64,000 nucleotides of DNA from Takakia lepidozioides (Eukaryota > Plantae > Bryophyta), in the NCBI GenBank assembly GCA_030704615.1, contig CM060732.1, positions 74,028,001 through 74,092,000 on the forward strand. The letters run 5' to 3'. Each line of letters opens with the position of its first letter. Position 1 is the first letter of the stretch. The notes beneath the pieces were generated by a model that saw only the letters and a program-made list of their open reading frames with translations, was not told where the DNA came from and did no database searches. Below are positions 1 to 11,800 of this stretch, one piece after another. The translations under genes were made by a program, and so were the position numbers.

Positions 1-244
1 TTCCCCTCCCAAATGTCATTGGAGGCATACATAAGGAAGTGGAGAGGTCTCACCTGGAGATACTGTTTTTTCCGGGAGTTCTCCAAAGATGGTAACATTT
101 TACGGTCCAACGACTTTGACAGTCAGGTTGGAGGAGAGTGGGCCATGATGCGAGTTGTGTACAGGTGCAATGTCATACTTGAAACTCTACTGTTTTTTTG
201 GGAAAAAATGTGGCTTCATATGGATTGCAATCTTAGATCCAGAT

Positions 245-968
245 TGAATGTCGTTGACGACATTCACTTCTTTGTCTAAGTCATTCTTAAGCGAGTATAT
301 GAATTCACCTGGTTAGGATCTAAGGGTGCAATTATATTGTCCCTGATTAGAATTGATAATGTCCTTGAATGGCGTTGACGACATTCACATACGGAGTTGT
401 TGAGAGGTCCTCAGAGTTATTTAAATTTTTGTAATGTCCATAGAGGTTACAGTGAGGGTTCCTCACTTCATTTTGCTGAATGTCAATGCAGACATTCAGT
501 TGTTCTGCATTGTTTTTGCCTCTTGCGATGAATGTGGAGGCTTGATAAGCTCTGTTTTAAGAAATCCAAAGTGAATGTCGTTGACGACATTCACAGCTGT
601 GTCTGTATTATTCAACAACGACAAATTCAATTTACATGGATTGGGGAGCTAAGTAATTGGTTTCTTTTTTGTATTTTTGTGAATGGCGTTGACGCCATTC
701 ACATACAGTGATGTTGTGAGGTCCTCAGTGATAGGTTCGTTATGAATGTGCATTGAGTTTGCCTGGAGGGTTCCTTACTCAATTTTTTGATTTCCATCCT
801 GTGATTTTGCTTCATTTAAGTAATAATTTGGCTTCATTAGTGAATGTCGTTGACGACATTCACTTCTATGTCTGTGTCATTTCTAAACGATAATTTGCAT
901 TCACCTGGATTAGGGTGTATTTACAGTATCATTGAATGGAATGTTCTGAATGGCGTTGACGACATTCA
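245..968. repeat. Six copies of the palindrome TGAATG(T/G)CGT-TG-ACG(A/C)CATTCA arranged as three ~270-330 bp tandem units
   Basis: Copies start at 245, 366, 572, 680, 841 and 947. Arms are 10-12 bp around a TG spacer, and the flanking sequence is similar between units. Confidence 0.9.
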
Positions 969-1109
969 TATCTGGAGCAGTAGTGTGGTCCTGAAAGGTC
1001 CTTGGAGCAGTTCTCAGAGCCATTTCAATCTATGTTTTATTCTTTCTGTTCTACTTGCATCTTACTCACTGAGCGCTTTTGTGGGTTGGGATTTATCTCC
1101 TTTTTTCAG

Positions 1110-2979
1110 GTACACGAAATATGTGCTTATGGAAGGAAATCACCTGAGCGGAATTCCCGACTATCTTGACATGTGGTCGGACCCTGCAAACGATCCAACC
1201 ATGTATACTGCAGGGATATTGAAGGACTGGAGTCCTTCTCACTTCAGAGACTGTGGGTGGTACCTTGACTGCCCACTGAGCACACGACCTTTCAAGAACA
1301 GCATATGAAATACTTGAACAATAACGCTGAGATGCTGGCGCCTTTGACTGACGAAGAGTATCAACGAAACATAGCAACATTGGCTGCCAAGGAGCCTGAT
1401 GCTCAGGGAACGCCGCAGAAGGGAAAGAAGGCGGGCCGCAAACCAAAAGACAAGGCTGTTGATGTCATAGCCATCTCACCAGCAAAGCCAAAGGACAAAG
1501 ACAAGTCCAAAGAGAAGGAAAAGACAAGGGGAAGGAGAATGAAAAGGAGATGGAGAGTGGGCAGGACTTTACTGCTGGAAGATATACCCGCACTCTTCAG
1601 TGCGTGTTCGATGCCAAGCCACACCCTTCCCGTTCTGATTCAGCAGGAGAGATGAAAATTGTTAATGAGGGTTGGCTTTCGATGATGCAGAGTCGAAAGA
1701 GAGGATACACTGGGGTGCCATCCCCTACCTGGGACAATATAATCTCATTCCTCAATCTGGTGAGAATTCCAGTTTCTTTCCTTTTTCTCTGAAAGTTTCG
1801 TTGGCAGTATTTCAGTCTCGTTCTTTGAAAACAATCTTGCCATCGTTCTTATAAAAAACATGTCTGTTGCAGGTGAGCACAGGTCCCACCTTCGTGTGCG
1901 GTGTGCAGAAAACTTATGCGGCCGACATTGTCATTCTCGACATCCCGGATGGCCAGGCTGTGCCAGAAGTTCTTCCAAAGGGCAAGACGCCAGGCTGGAA
2001 CAAATTCGAGGACAACTACTGGAGTTGGGTGTTCGGGTTCTGTAACAACTTCCTCTCTGATGCAGGGACACTTCTGCTTTTTCAGTCATGTGACAATGAT
2101 AGTCGTCGGGCATTGGCATCATACCTCAAGTCTTCAGGGTTTGAAGTTTTGCGCACATGGAATTGTGTGAACAGCCTATACCTTGTGAAAGGGGTTTCCC
2201 TGGTCAGCTGGTATGCCGTCTCCCTTCTGCTTGTGCTTTGATCATGAGTTTCAATTTTCTCTGCAGCTCCACTCTAGTAGAATGTTTTATGATCGACACC
2301 GATCATCACCGATTCATGATTTTTTTGTGTCAGAGTTCTGAATAGCCGATGTACACACTTCCACTATAGATTGTGTTTACCACACTAACCTGCTATCTTT
2401 GCCAGACGAGGATGTTCGAGGCGATCTGCCTGCGGAGGATTCGCACATCAAAGACACCATCCTCCATCTGCAGCTTTGAGATTTCTGACCAGGGTTGTTT
2501 CGTCAACCCCCCCTATGAGCCCCATGTCGATGACATTTTGTACAACTTCATGCAGTCCAGTCAGACTCTGAAGAGACCGGATGGCACTCCCTGGAGAGGT
2601 GCAAAGGAAAAGTCACCAGCATTCATGCAAATACTGCTGGAGTCATGCAGCCACCGCTCTGCACGGGTGGTCGATCTTTCTGTGTCCACAGGTTCGTTTT
2701 TTCCCTTCCGAATTGGTTTCCTTTCAACAGTTTCATCTGCTTAAATCCCCCCTCCAAACTGTTCATGTTCTCCTGTCTGGTGCAGGAGCAACTTACCACG
2801 CATGCAAGGCAGGCGGAAGAAGCCTTCTTGGCATGGAGGGTGATTCTGACCTCTACAACACCGTGCTCCTCCCCCTTTTGTCTGGCTCCACTTCAGGCAC
2901 ACAGACTGATCGGATTCAAATTCGAAATGATGACGATCCCGAAGATAAGCAGGTCGACAACGACTTTTCATGTGAGTAA
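1110..2979 (+). CDS. Multi-exon gene ending in a beta-class amino-(N6-adenine/N4-cytosine) DNA methyltransferase-like domain. Exons c.1110-1759, 1873-2202, 2406-2691, 2786-2979. The 5' part is frameshifted and continues upstream of the window.
   Basis: GT-AG introns at 1760-1872, 2203-2405 and 2692-2785 join ORF-track pieces into one open frame from 1550 to the TAA at 2979. Motif order is IV-like ADIVILDIPDG, then FLSDAGTLLLF, GFEVLRTWNCVN, PWRGAKEKSPAFMQILLESCS, I-like RVVDLSVSTG|AT and II-like GRSLLGMEGD, as in N6_N4_Mtase (beta) enzymes. Confidence 0.7.
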
Positions 2980-3429
2980 GTGCTAAACCCTCTTTGGGAG
3001 TCATACTCAATTTCTCGATAACATCAAAGTTACAGTAATAACTTTTTCAGGCTGTCTTTCAGGAAAGGCAGCGGTGGATCTTCAGGAGATACAGTCATTT
3101 CTGGCGAGTCTGTTTTCGACAGCCCCCTTTCCAATTTTCTGCTTCCTGTTTATGCCGAAGCAATGGCACTTCACGCGGCCGAGTCCCTATCCCCTGACTT
3201 TTTAGTGGCCAGCCGTAGGTGTATCCAGCGTGGATCCGGTGTTCTAAAATACTTAGACTTAGATGCAGAGGAAGAGAGGATACATTGTACTGACTCTGAG
3301 TCAGACTGAACTGTATTCTTTTAATATTCATTTTCATATTATCTGGAAAACGTTGAATCCCCTTCCTCCACCGTAGTTGTTCCTTTAGAACAAATAATAA
3401 TCACAGAATCAACTTTCGTTTAAATTGCT

Positions 3430-3810
3430 ATATGTATGAATCCATCTCACAAACCTTCCTGACTCTTCTCATATCCATTGTGCATTCATCTACACTGTAT
3501 TCATGCGTGCTCCATTCATGAAAGCTTCCTTTGTACAACATCCATTGTACATTCATCCTCTGTACTCTTTAATCCACCCCACAAACCTTCCACACTCATT
3601 TCATATACGTTGTGCATTCGTCAAAAGATTTGGTCATGCATCTTCCTGTCATGAATTTTTGTTATTGCTCAACATCCATTATACATTCATCCATTTTACT
3701 CTTATCCATCCGTCATTCATCCATCTACATACATTTTTCACACTCATCCATCTGTTTATCATCCAATTGTACATTCATCCATCCTTTATTCAATGCCTTT
3801 TATTATATCG
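3430..3810. repeat. Low-complexity ATTCATCC/CATCCAT-rich degenerate repeats
   Basis: Repeated attcatcc/tcatccat words. The ORFs here are His/Ile/Phe-biased artefacts. Confidence 0.6.
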
Positions 3811-3817
3811 TCCAGCT

Positions 3818-5392
3818 TGTTTCCGCGGTAAAGGGTGCCAATCCACGGGAATACACTCCACTTCTTTCTGGGCGCGTGGTGACGCGGCCTTCACGTGTGA
3901 TGACGTGGACTGAGCCCCGTGACGTGGCATTTGCGCAAGGTGACGTGGCGTGAGCGCAGTTGCGCTCACGCGTTCACGCGTTCACGCGCTCACGTGACCA
4001 GGCTCACGCCGAGGCATCCCTGCAACCTCGCCAATACATCTGACAAAGTCCAAGAGTTTCATCAACGATATGCAGCTAAGCCCCGAGCTACATGTCAATA
4101 AGACGTCACAACGATGATGTCAGCCAAGTTAGCTTCAAGGTGAAGACTCCACATTCAATGTACTTGATACACGCTAGGAGGGAGGAGCACCACACATCAG
4201 TATATATAGCTACACTTCCAGCACTTCCAGCACTCTTGCATCTTGTATTGGCAGTATGGAGTCACAAGAACCAGATACATTGGAGTTGTCGCTTACCCAG
4301 CTACCAGATCAGCCGTTCAGACTCTCACGACCTTCAACATCACGCCGACGCTCTCGAGACGATGGGCCACCAATGCGACGCGTACTTTTTCGTCTGGACC
4401 CCGTACGATGGTAAGTGGAGCCTACTCGAAGTCTGATAATTCTGTTGGAGGTTGAGGCTTCGGACCCAGAGGGCAATGAAATCTTATTTGAAGGCAGCTT
4501 TGAAAATCAGAATGCTCAAATCACTACGTGGTCCCAAGTTCAAGGTGTTGGACACTATCGATGGTTGTTGGGATCTATAAATCATTTGTGTCAAGAACGA
4601 AGAGCCGAATATTTGACAAGTACCATTCGCCGGATTTTGGATTTTCTCCAACATTAAGCAAGTCCAAGATTTTACCGCTCCTCGAGGAACTCGGCGCTAA
4701 AGGAGGGGGTGATGTCACGGACATAGCCCAGAGGAACTTACCAGGAGTAAATACTAGAAGTTATCAAATTACCATGTTATCAGAAATTACCACGATTTAC
4801 CATGATTTAATATTACTTATCAAATTACCGAGAGTTTACCAAATTACCAAGAGTAACTTGGGAAACTGTTCAGGAAGCTTCCTTTGGAAGAAACTTCTCC
4901 ATCAAGATACCTCATTTGTTTAAGAAAACTTCTTCATCAAGAAACATTTGTTTAACCTTGGAAACTTCTCCAGCAAGAAACCTCCATAGGGGAAGCTTCT
5001 TAGAGAAGCTTATTAGTAGCCAGTATATATATGAGGCGAGACTGGACACTCTTCAATCTCGCCAACACCAATGCAAGCTACTCTTGTTTCCAGTTTCCAG
5101 TACTCCAGTCCAGTTTCCAGAATTCTAGTATTCAAGTTGTGTTCCAATATCTTGTACTCTTGTTCATTGTTATAAAGATCGTCTTGATTCATCTTTACTC
5201 ATCATGCATTCGGCCACGCTGACCTTGATTTCTTGTCTAGTCTTGTACCTCTAGTCTGATCTCTTGTTTGTGTTCAGTCATGTTCTCGTCCTTGACAGTA
5301 CCCGCAAGGAGAAGAGGCTCTTATAGTTTACGCTAGCTTCGGTTGGCATCATATATATGTATTGATATATAGGGTCAGGCCGGGTATCAACA
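3818..5392 (+). mobile_element. LTR-retrotransposon remnants. Includes a polypurine tract followed by a TGTCA...TGACA LTR at 4713-5297 and an outer LTR-like end ...GGTATCAACA at 5392.
   Basis: AAGGAGGGGGTGA|TGTCACGG at 4700-4720, TATA-like box near 5025, CTTGACA ending at 5297. The insertion truncates the adjacent PPR fragment. No matching TSD found. Confidence 0.5.
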
Positions 5393-5705
5393 AGGTCTTC
5401 CAAGCCACAACATCTAGTGTGATTGATATTTTGTGAATGAAGTCTTCTGCCTCATCCAGTCGTTATGCTCGGCCAATAATGTCAATCATGCAGACAAAGT
5501 GCTCTTTTGTTGGAGTGTCACCATGATCTTGATTTTGCATACTTGATGCTCCCGCATTTAGCAAACATGTCAACGAGGGTATTGTTCGGAATGACACCTC
5601 CTACAATTCCAGCTATGGACTCTTGCTCTTTTCCAGGGCTGTCGGGCTTGCACATGCATCGCAAACAAATGTAACTTGGTGTGGCTTCACCCCTGCCATC
5701 CCACA
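5393..5705 (-). pseudogene. PLS-class PPR pseudogene fragment (L, S, L2/S2, start of E1)
   Basis: Minus-strand peptides GIVGGVIPNNTLVDMFAKCGSIKYAK and QDHGDTPTKEHFVCMIDIIGRA*RLDEAEDFIHKISITLDVVAWKT, with a stop, frameshifts and internal deletions. Resembles the large PPR gene. Confidence 0.85.
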
Positions 5706-6721
5706 CCCTTGTTAGGCACATCCTACGATCATTGCACTCCAGTTTCTTCCAATATCCGCAAGCGTTAGATGCATATTTTGCCAAAATTGAATGTAAATTT
5801 GTCCTCTACACTTACCCTTGGTGGGTATTTGAGAAGATGGAGCATGAAATTATCTCTAATTCAATCGCGGAAAGTGAGGTACTATGTGTATATGAGAGCA
5901 GGGTAGCGTAAGTACCCAATGTGCTCCCAGTAAGAAACTGAAAACAACCTTGTATGCTACATATGTTATGCATGTCTGTCATAATCTCGAAAAACAATCG
6001 TCTTCCGTGCTAAAACACAATTGTCCAGCAAAGAAGTGAATTGTGTAGTTGCTTGTAGCTACAAATATTATAAGCTAAAAGGGCGGGGCCATTTATAGTT
6101 AGGCAACCCGATAGTTAGTGCACCGTCAATTCAAAGCAAATAGTGTAAATGACTCGATAGGCCTCATGTGCACTTTCTGGCAAGCCAGCAAAGGGGTAGA
6201 GGGAGGGATTTAGTTGGGGGCGAAATAGGCTTTAGCACATCTGCAAAGAGAGCGGCCATTTGAAGCTGGGTTTGCATTGTCAACTTTCAGCCTGTTTGCT
6301 AGCTTTGAATAATTTGCAAAGTGATTCTTTCGGTCATCGCGGTCATCTTTAATGTCTCCATGTCTTTGATTCCCTCATCAAATTCGTTGATAGCACTTAC
6401 AATGGTTGTAGAACCTCCGAACAAACACACTTCTTTGAATTCGGACTACCCTGCACACTTGACAACTTGTAAACTATCATCTTATGAGCGATAGGTGTAC
6501 CGGAATGATTGTCGGATGTAGTCCTACTGTCACATCTGGTGTTGTACCAGAAGTAGTTCCTCCATGAAATACAAGAGCCTATCATGGTGGATTGAATAGA
6601 ACATTGTCAAATCGTATATCTGACACATGGACAACATCATCAAGATCAATGATTTGGGGAGGATTTTGGCTCACTCCGTGGTCAATACTTCCAAGAATCC
6701 CATTCATCTTTGTTGTTCCCC

Positions 6722-7010
6722 TTAGAATACCATCAATTTTTTCATGCCATGATCACTCGGAAGAATGAGCACTTGTTGCCTCACATTTTTGTTTTTCCTC
6801 TCGATACACATCCTTAAGCTTGTCCATCTTGTCGCGACAATGCTTCCAAGAATGCTTGGCCCATTGAAGAACCTTGCATTAAGTCTGTCAGCAATGTGTG
6901 TCCAATCTTTTGCTCTAAAAGGTCCACATCCATGATCACAATATTTCTCCTCCCAAAGATCTAGCAACAAAAGCGTTCTATTATTCGTTCAAACTTGTGC
7001 ATCATTCTTC
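6722..7010 (-). mobile_element. Degenerate Myb/SANT-like (trihelix) domain, probably a PIF/Harbinger ORF1 remnant
   Basis: LLDLWEEKY...RAKDWTHIADRLNARF...RW..L pattern, frameshifted, with an AT-rich flank. Confidence 0.55.
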
Positions 7011-7339
7011 TGTTGAATATTAAGTTGTGGCATTCTCACACCAACAATCACCGGCAATCTTTCAATAAATTTTGTCTTACTTCCAATAAACAACTGGTTT
7101 AGTGGAACATGCAGATTAATGGTCTAAGTGTGCTCTTTGAGAGCCAAACGCGACTTTCAATGCATTATGTGTCACTCAAAAACTCTAGATCTCTCAAAGA
7201 TTTAAAAAAAAATGGTTATGTTCTTTAAAAAGTCACATTAGTGGAACGGAACATGAATTAATGAGGCATGATTTGTTGGTCAAATGACACCCTTGAAAAC
7301 CAAATGCTTATTAATTTCCAATACATCAAGCCTCATTAA

Positions 7340-7850
7340 ACAATTCTTAACTCCTCTAAACCTCCTTTAAAACGTGCTTGTGTTCAATAACCAATCAGAC
7401 TAGTAGATCAATTCATAGATCCTCTAAAGATCCTTCAAAAAGATGCTTTAGTTTAAATACACAATCACACTAACATCAGCTGATAAGTTCCTTAAAAAAT
7501 ATATATATGCTTTTATTCAATACGCAATCATACTAATGAAACCGACATTCTTAGATTCTCTAAAAAGATAGTTTTGTTTGATACATAATCACAATACTGG
7601 AGCTGAGGCATTCACACATTATCTAAAGATCCTTCAAGAAAATGTTTTTGTTGAGTACATAGTCGTACTAGTGCAACTAAAACATATCCATATCTTCTAA
7701 TAAACTTGAAAAAAAATAAAATTGTTCAATGCACAGTCACACTAGTGCAACTGAGACATTTTCAAATCTTCAAAATTTGCTTTTGTTCTAGATATGATTC
7801 CACTAGTGGACTTGAGACATCTTAGATCCACTAAAGATCACTTAAAAGAT
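7340..7850. repeat. Degenerate AT-rich tandem repeat (~60-75 bp units)
   Basis: Recurring aatcacactagtg...gacatt...agatcctctaaagatccttcaa words. Confidence 0.55.
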
Positions 7851-8814
7851 GCCATAATACCAATCACTCCAATCGCAATTGGAAGATTTGATAGGCCAGA
7901 GATGGCAAGCTTGTGTTCTCCTATTATATATCCCAATGATAATAATAATATATAAATTTTCTGACGCCTCCTGAAGTCAGAAGCGCGTAAACTATGGTGT
8001 CTCTTGCATACGTCTATTGTCTTCCATACGAAGGTGGACACCTTTGTGACACAATTGAACCCACACCCACTTCCCAGGTGGTGTGTGCCCATTACCACTT
8101 GGCTACAACTTGGTTGTCTATATATCTCATCATAGTGTTTGCCCATTTTCTCTCTTAAGAAACCTATCTTGAGACGGTTGTGCCCCTCCCTAAGTTTAGG
8201 CCTTATGGCTTTTTCTGGATTTTTCTTTTTCTTTTCCCTCCTAGAAAAACCACTGCAATGCTTGTAGCACCAGTCTGCAAAAATTTCCTCCTAGATAACC
8301 AAAAACAAAAAACAAAAAACCCTATATAATAGTTCTATGGTGGTTTTCCTTAGTATTATCCTGAGTCTATTCAAAAGTAATTATTTTTTATTTTTTATAA
8401 ATAACCCGCAAAAAAATGTAGAGTGTAAGATGGATACAATAAGTGCAGATATGGATGAATGTGGATGAGTAAATGCAGAACGGATGGGGATCTCCGAGTT
8501 TGTGGACGGATAGGAGTATTCTGTCCAACCGAATGGGATTCGCTCTATCCAATAATGGTATTCGTCCAGTATTGATGAGCAGAACTTGCATGTATCGGTG
8601 CAGGTACGTTCATCTGGTTGTTTCGTTCGTCGGTGCTCCTCCATCCTTTTGGAGAAAGTGTACACAGAGTGTGACAGGCCTGCTCTTCCGAGCATCCTTC
8701 TACTCGGAAGGTTTTTCTCTGTTCGCCTCGCCACTGAGAGCAGTCGACATTGTTTTGTTTTGATGATGGCTACGTTGCAAACTGCAAGCGAGTGGGTAGA
8801 ACCTGACATGTGAA

Positions 8815-8835
8815 AGAGAGAGAGAGAGAGAGAGA
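8815..8835 (+). repeat. (AG)10 microsatellite immediately 5' of the first HY2 ATG
   Basis: agagagagagagagagagaga then ATG at 8836. Confidence 0.9.
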
Positions 8836-11800
8836 ATGGGGGTTCTGGGTTTGGAAATGTGTATCTTCAGAGGTGGAGGTGCAGGTCATTTCCAGACAGA
8901 GACTTGCTCGGATTTTCAACACAATTTTGTTGAGAAAGAAGCATCCAGTAGGCCATTGGGTTTAAAGCGGATGGCTTGTGGCATCACGGTACAGGAGTCA
9001 AGATGGGCCCTTGATTGCTATGGAATGAGGGGAATTAATCTGCAGGTGCTACAGGATGACGTAGGTGGGTTTAGGGGTCTGCCAGGGGGGTTAGGAAAAA
9101 ATATGGCAGCTGGAATCCACATTCACCGTGCGATTCCACTGAGAAGCTGGAGACGGAGAGGGAGAACGGATGCACCTTGGCAGGTTGAAGGCTTGACTCG
9201 TCGGGGCTCAAAAATACGGATGGGAGCTCAGCGCAGGTCTAATAGGCGAGGAAGGTCGAGAGGTGGGTCTGAGTTGGTGAGCAGACTGCAGGGATGCAGA
9301 GAAGGCGTGGTGCAAAGGATAGTAACAAAAAAATCGGGTATCAGAGCATTGCAGGCAACAGAAACAACAAATGGGGATAGAGAGACAAGGGGTTTGTACG
9401 ATGATTTTGTGGATTTGGCAGTGCGAAAAGTGGGCCAGTATGACGACCTGTCGCCCTTCCCTTTCCAGGTAATTGCAGTCTTGCAGAGCACAAGATTGTT
9501 AGGCGACCTGTAGGCTTGTCCGAATCACCTTATTTTTGTGCATGAAATCCAGCATCTCTGAGAGCAAGCCATAGCCTCATACTTAAAGCGAAGAAGTAAC
9601 TGCAGATTAACTGAGCGTTTAGTGTTTTTTTGCTCTTGGAGTTGGGTTCAAGAGGGCAAGACATGTGGGTGATCCTTTGAGGCACCCTCCCTCGTTCTCT
9701 TGTTTGGGCCGCTCGTCTTTGTATTGAATTCAGAAGTTGTGTGTAGTATTCTCTGGTTTTTATTAAGCATTCTGGGAAACTCGCGCTTCAATGCACCATT
9801 CATATTACTAACTATCATATGGAGACTTTTGGCCCAGAACCAGCAGTTTCAAGGATGATTTGTACGTAACAGGGGATGGCGGGTATGACAGGATGCGTTC
9901 CAGAACATGGTTCCACTGACTGGGCAGTCTTTGATCAAGAATGTTGCATACGAATCCACAAAAATACGTCTGTTTCGGGTTGCCTCTATTGACGGAGGAG
10001 ATGCTATGCAGGTCTTCTACCTCTCTCAATCCCTGGATTCCTGATATTGCTTACGTAATTGATAGATCTATTCCCATAATGTCTCACCGGAGTGAAATGC
10101 ACATCATTGTCCAAGGAAATCAGTATCAGTCAATACATTCTCAAATCTGTTTCAAAATGTGGTGTACCTCCACACCTATCCTTCAATTCAAATTTCATAG
10201 CAATTCATTAAGTGTCAGCGGTACTACTCACAACCCCATGCTGTCCATGTGGATATGCTGACCATTACACCAGTCACATGTGCCCAAACTGGATGTAGAA
10301 GCTCTGTACCTTGAGGGCCAAGTGGAGACAGCAGTGTTCCTTTCCAACAGTTATGCTCAGGGATGAGAAGACAGTAAGGGGTGAGGGGGCTAAGTGGATG
10401 GATGGGTAGGGTGCAGGTGCTGAATGTGGCCATATGTGCAAGGCCAGAGTATGACCTACCCATATTCTGTGCCGATTTCTTCTCGACTGCCTCCAGAAAC
10501 ATCATTGTGCTGTATGTTGATGTCTTGTCTCTTCAGTCCGTTCATTTTCTGCACTCTGCTTCCCTCCTTTTGCACTCTTATTTTGTCACAGAATAATGTG
10601 TGTGCTAGATTGCCTCTGATGTAGAAAGGCTCCTTGGCTACTCCATGAGGTTATGAAAAAGGCTTGATGTGCTCTGATGCAAAACGCATTCTTATAATGT
10701 GTGCCAGAAACACGGAAAGTGTTTTGCTTATCTCGGTCTGTTAATGAAGTAATTCCTCCTTGAACTATCAGTGACATCAGGCAACCATTAGAGTATGGAG
10801 AGTTTGTTGCACAAGCACCATGTGTAAATATATGCTCATTGTATTACTTCTGACATTTCTATCCAAATGATCAGACATGTCGAATGGCTAATATTGGACG
10901 AATAAGTCATTTGGCAGTAGTTTGCTAAAGCATATGGGCCCCTTGGGAATTCTGAGTTATCTCTGTGACAACATCACGTCTAGACTATCGAGACGTTAGA
11001 GAAAAAATGCTACCCCCCTTTGAATCCAAACATCTGCAAAGCGGTCAAGTTAGTATTAGGCTGCCATCTGATGTGGACGACTGTCTTCGGGAATATTCGC
11101 AGGGATTTGAATCCAATCCACAACATCAAGCAGAACCCACAGTATCGAGACAAGTACTACTCACAGCTTTTGCCATTGGTCCCTAAGTATGCAGAGGTGA
11201 GGAGGTGTGCAGCAGGAGTTTTTTCTGTTTTGTGACTTGCCTCAAGTTGTGAGCATTTTTTCTGTGTCGTCCATGTCTCTTTTCGCATCCTTCCTCCTCT
11301 TCCTTTTTCTGCCCTCGTCAATCTCAATATTGGTCCTCTGTGAGTGTATGAGGATCTTGGATTGGAGTCTTATTCTCATGGGAACCATACCACAGTGCCT
11401 AAATGAAGGCTACTGTCCAGTGGATCCTCCACTCCCAAGATGAGCCCAGTGCTTTGCAGTGCCTATTTTCCTCCCATACAAGGATTTTGTATCCTATTTA
11501 ATGATAAGTTTGAAATACTTGTAGATTCCAAAGTAAAGAAGCTGGCTTAAACACTTGATAGTGTTGTGGATGCAGTTGCTGCCCTGGGGTGATAAGCTCA
11601 CGGCAGAGTCCCTACAATTCTTCTCTCCAATTGTGATCTGGACAAGGCCAAACAGAAGGGAGGACATACAGCAGACTGTCTTTTCTGCCTTTCAAGATTA
11701 TCTTACGGTATTTTTCAAACTTGTGCTTCAAGAGGGTTGGGGAGGGGCCTCCGAAGGCGACAAAAATCTCAGGGTTGCATTAAGTTTCTTGTGAATGCAA

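Noticed and set aside
245-968. CRISPR array interpretation of the spaced palindromes
   Set aside because: Spacers are ~85-185 bp, irregular and homologous to one another; there are no cas genes and the context is eukaryotic.
2505-2516. NPPY tetrapeptide as the catalytic motif IV of the MTase-like gene
   Set aside because: It lies in the variable region and is not conserved in the second copy; DIVILDIPD fits the beta-class position better. Not fully excluded.
3503-3953. His/Ile/Phe-rich ORFs
   Set aside because: Translation of low-complexity ATTCATCC repeats.
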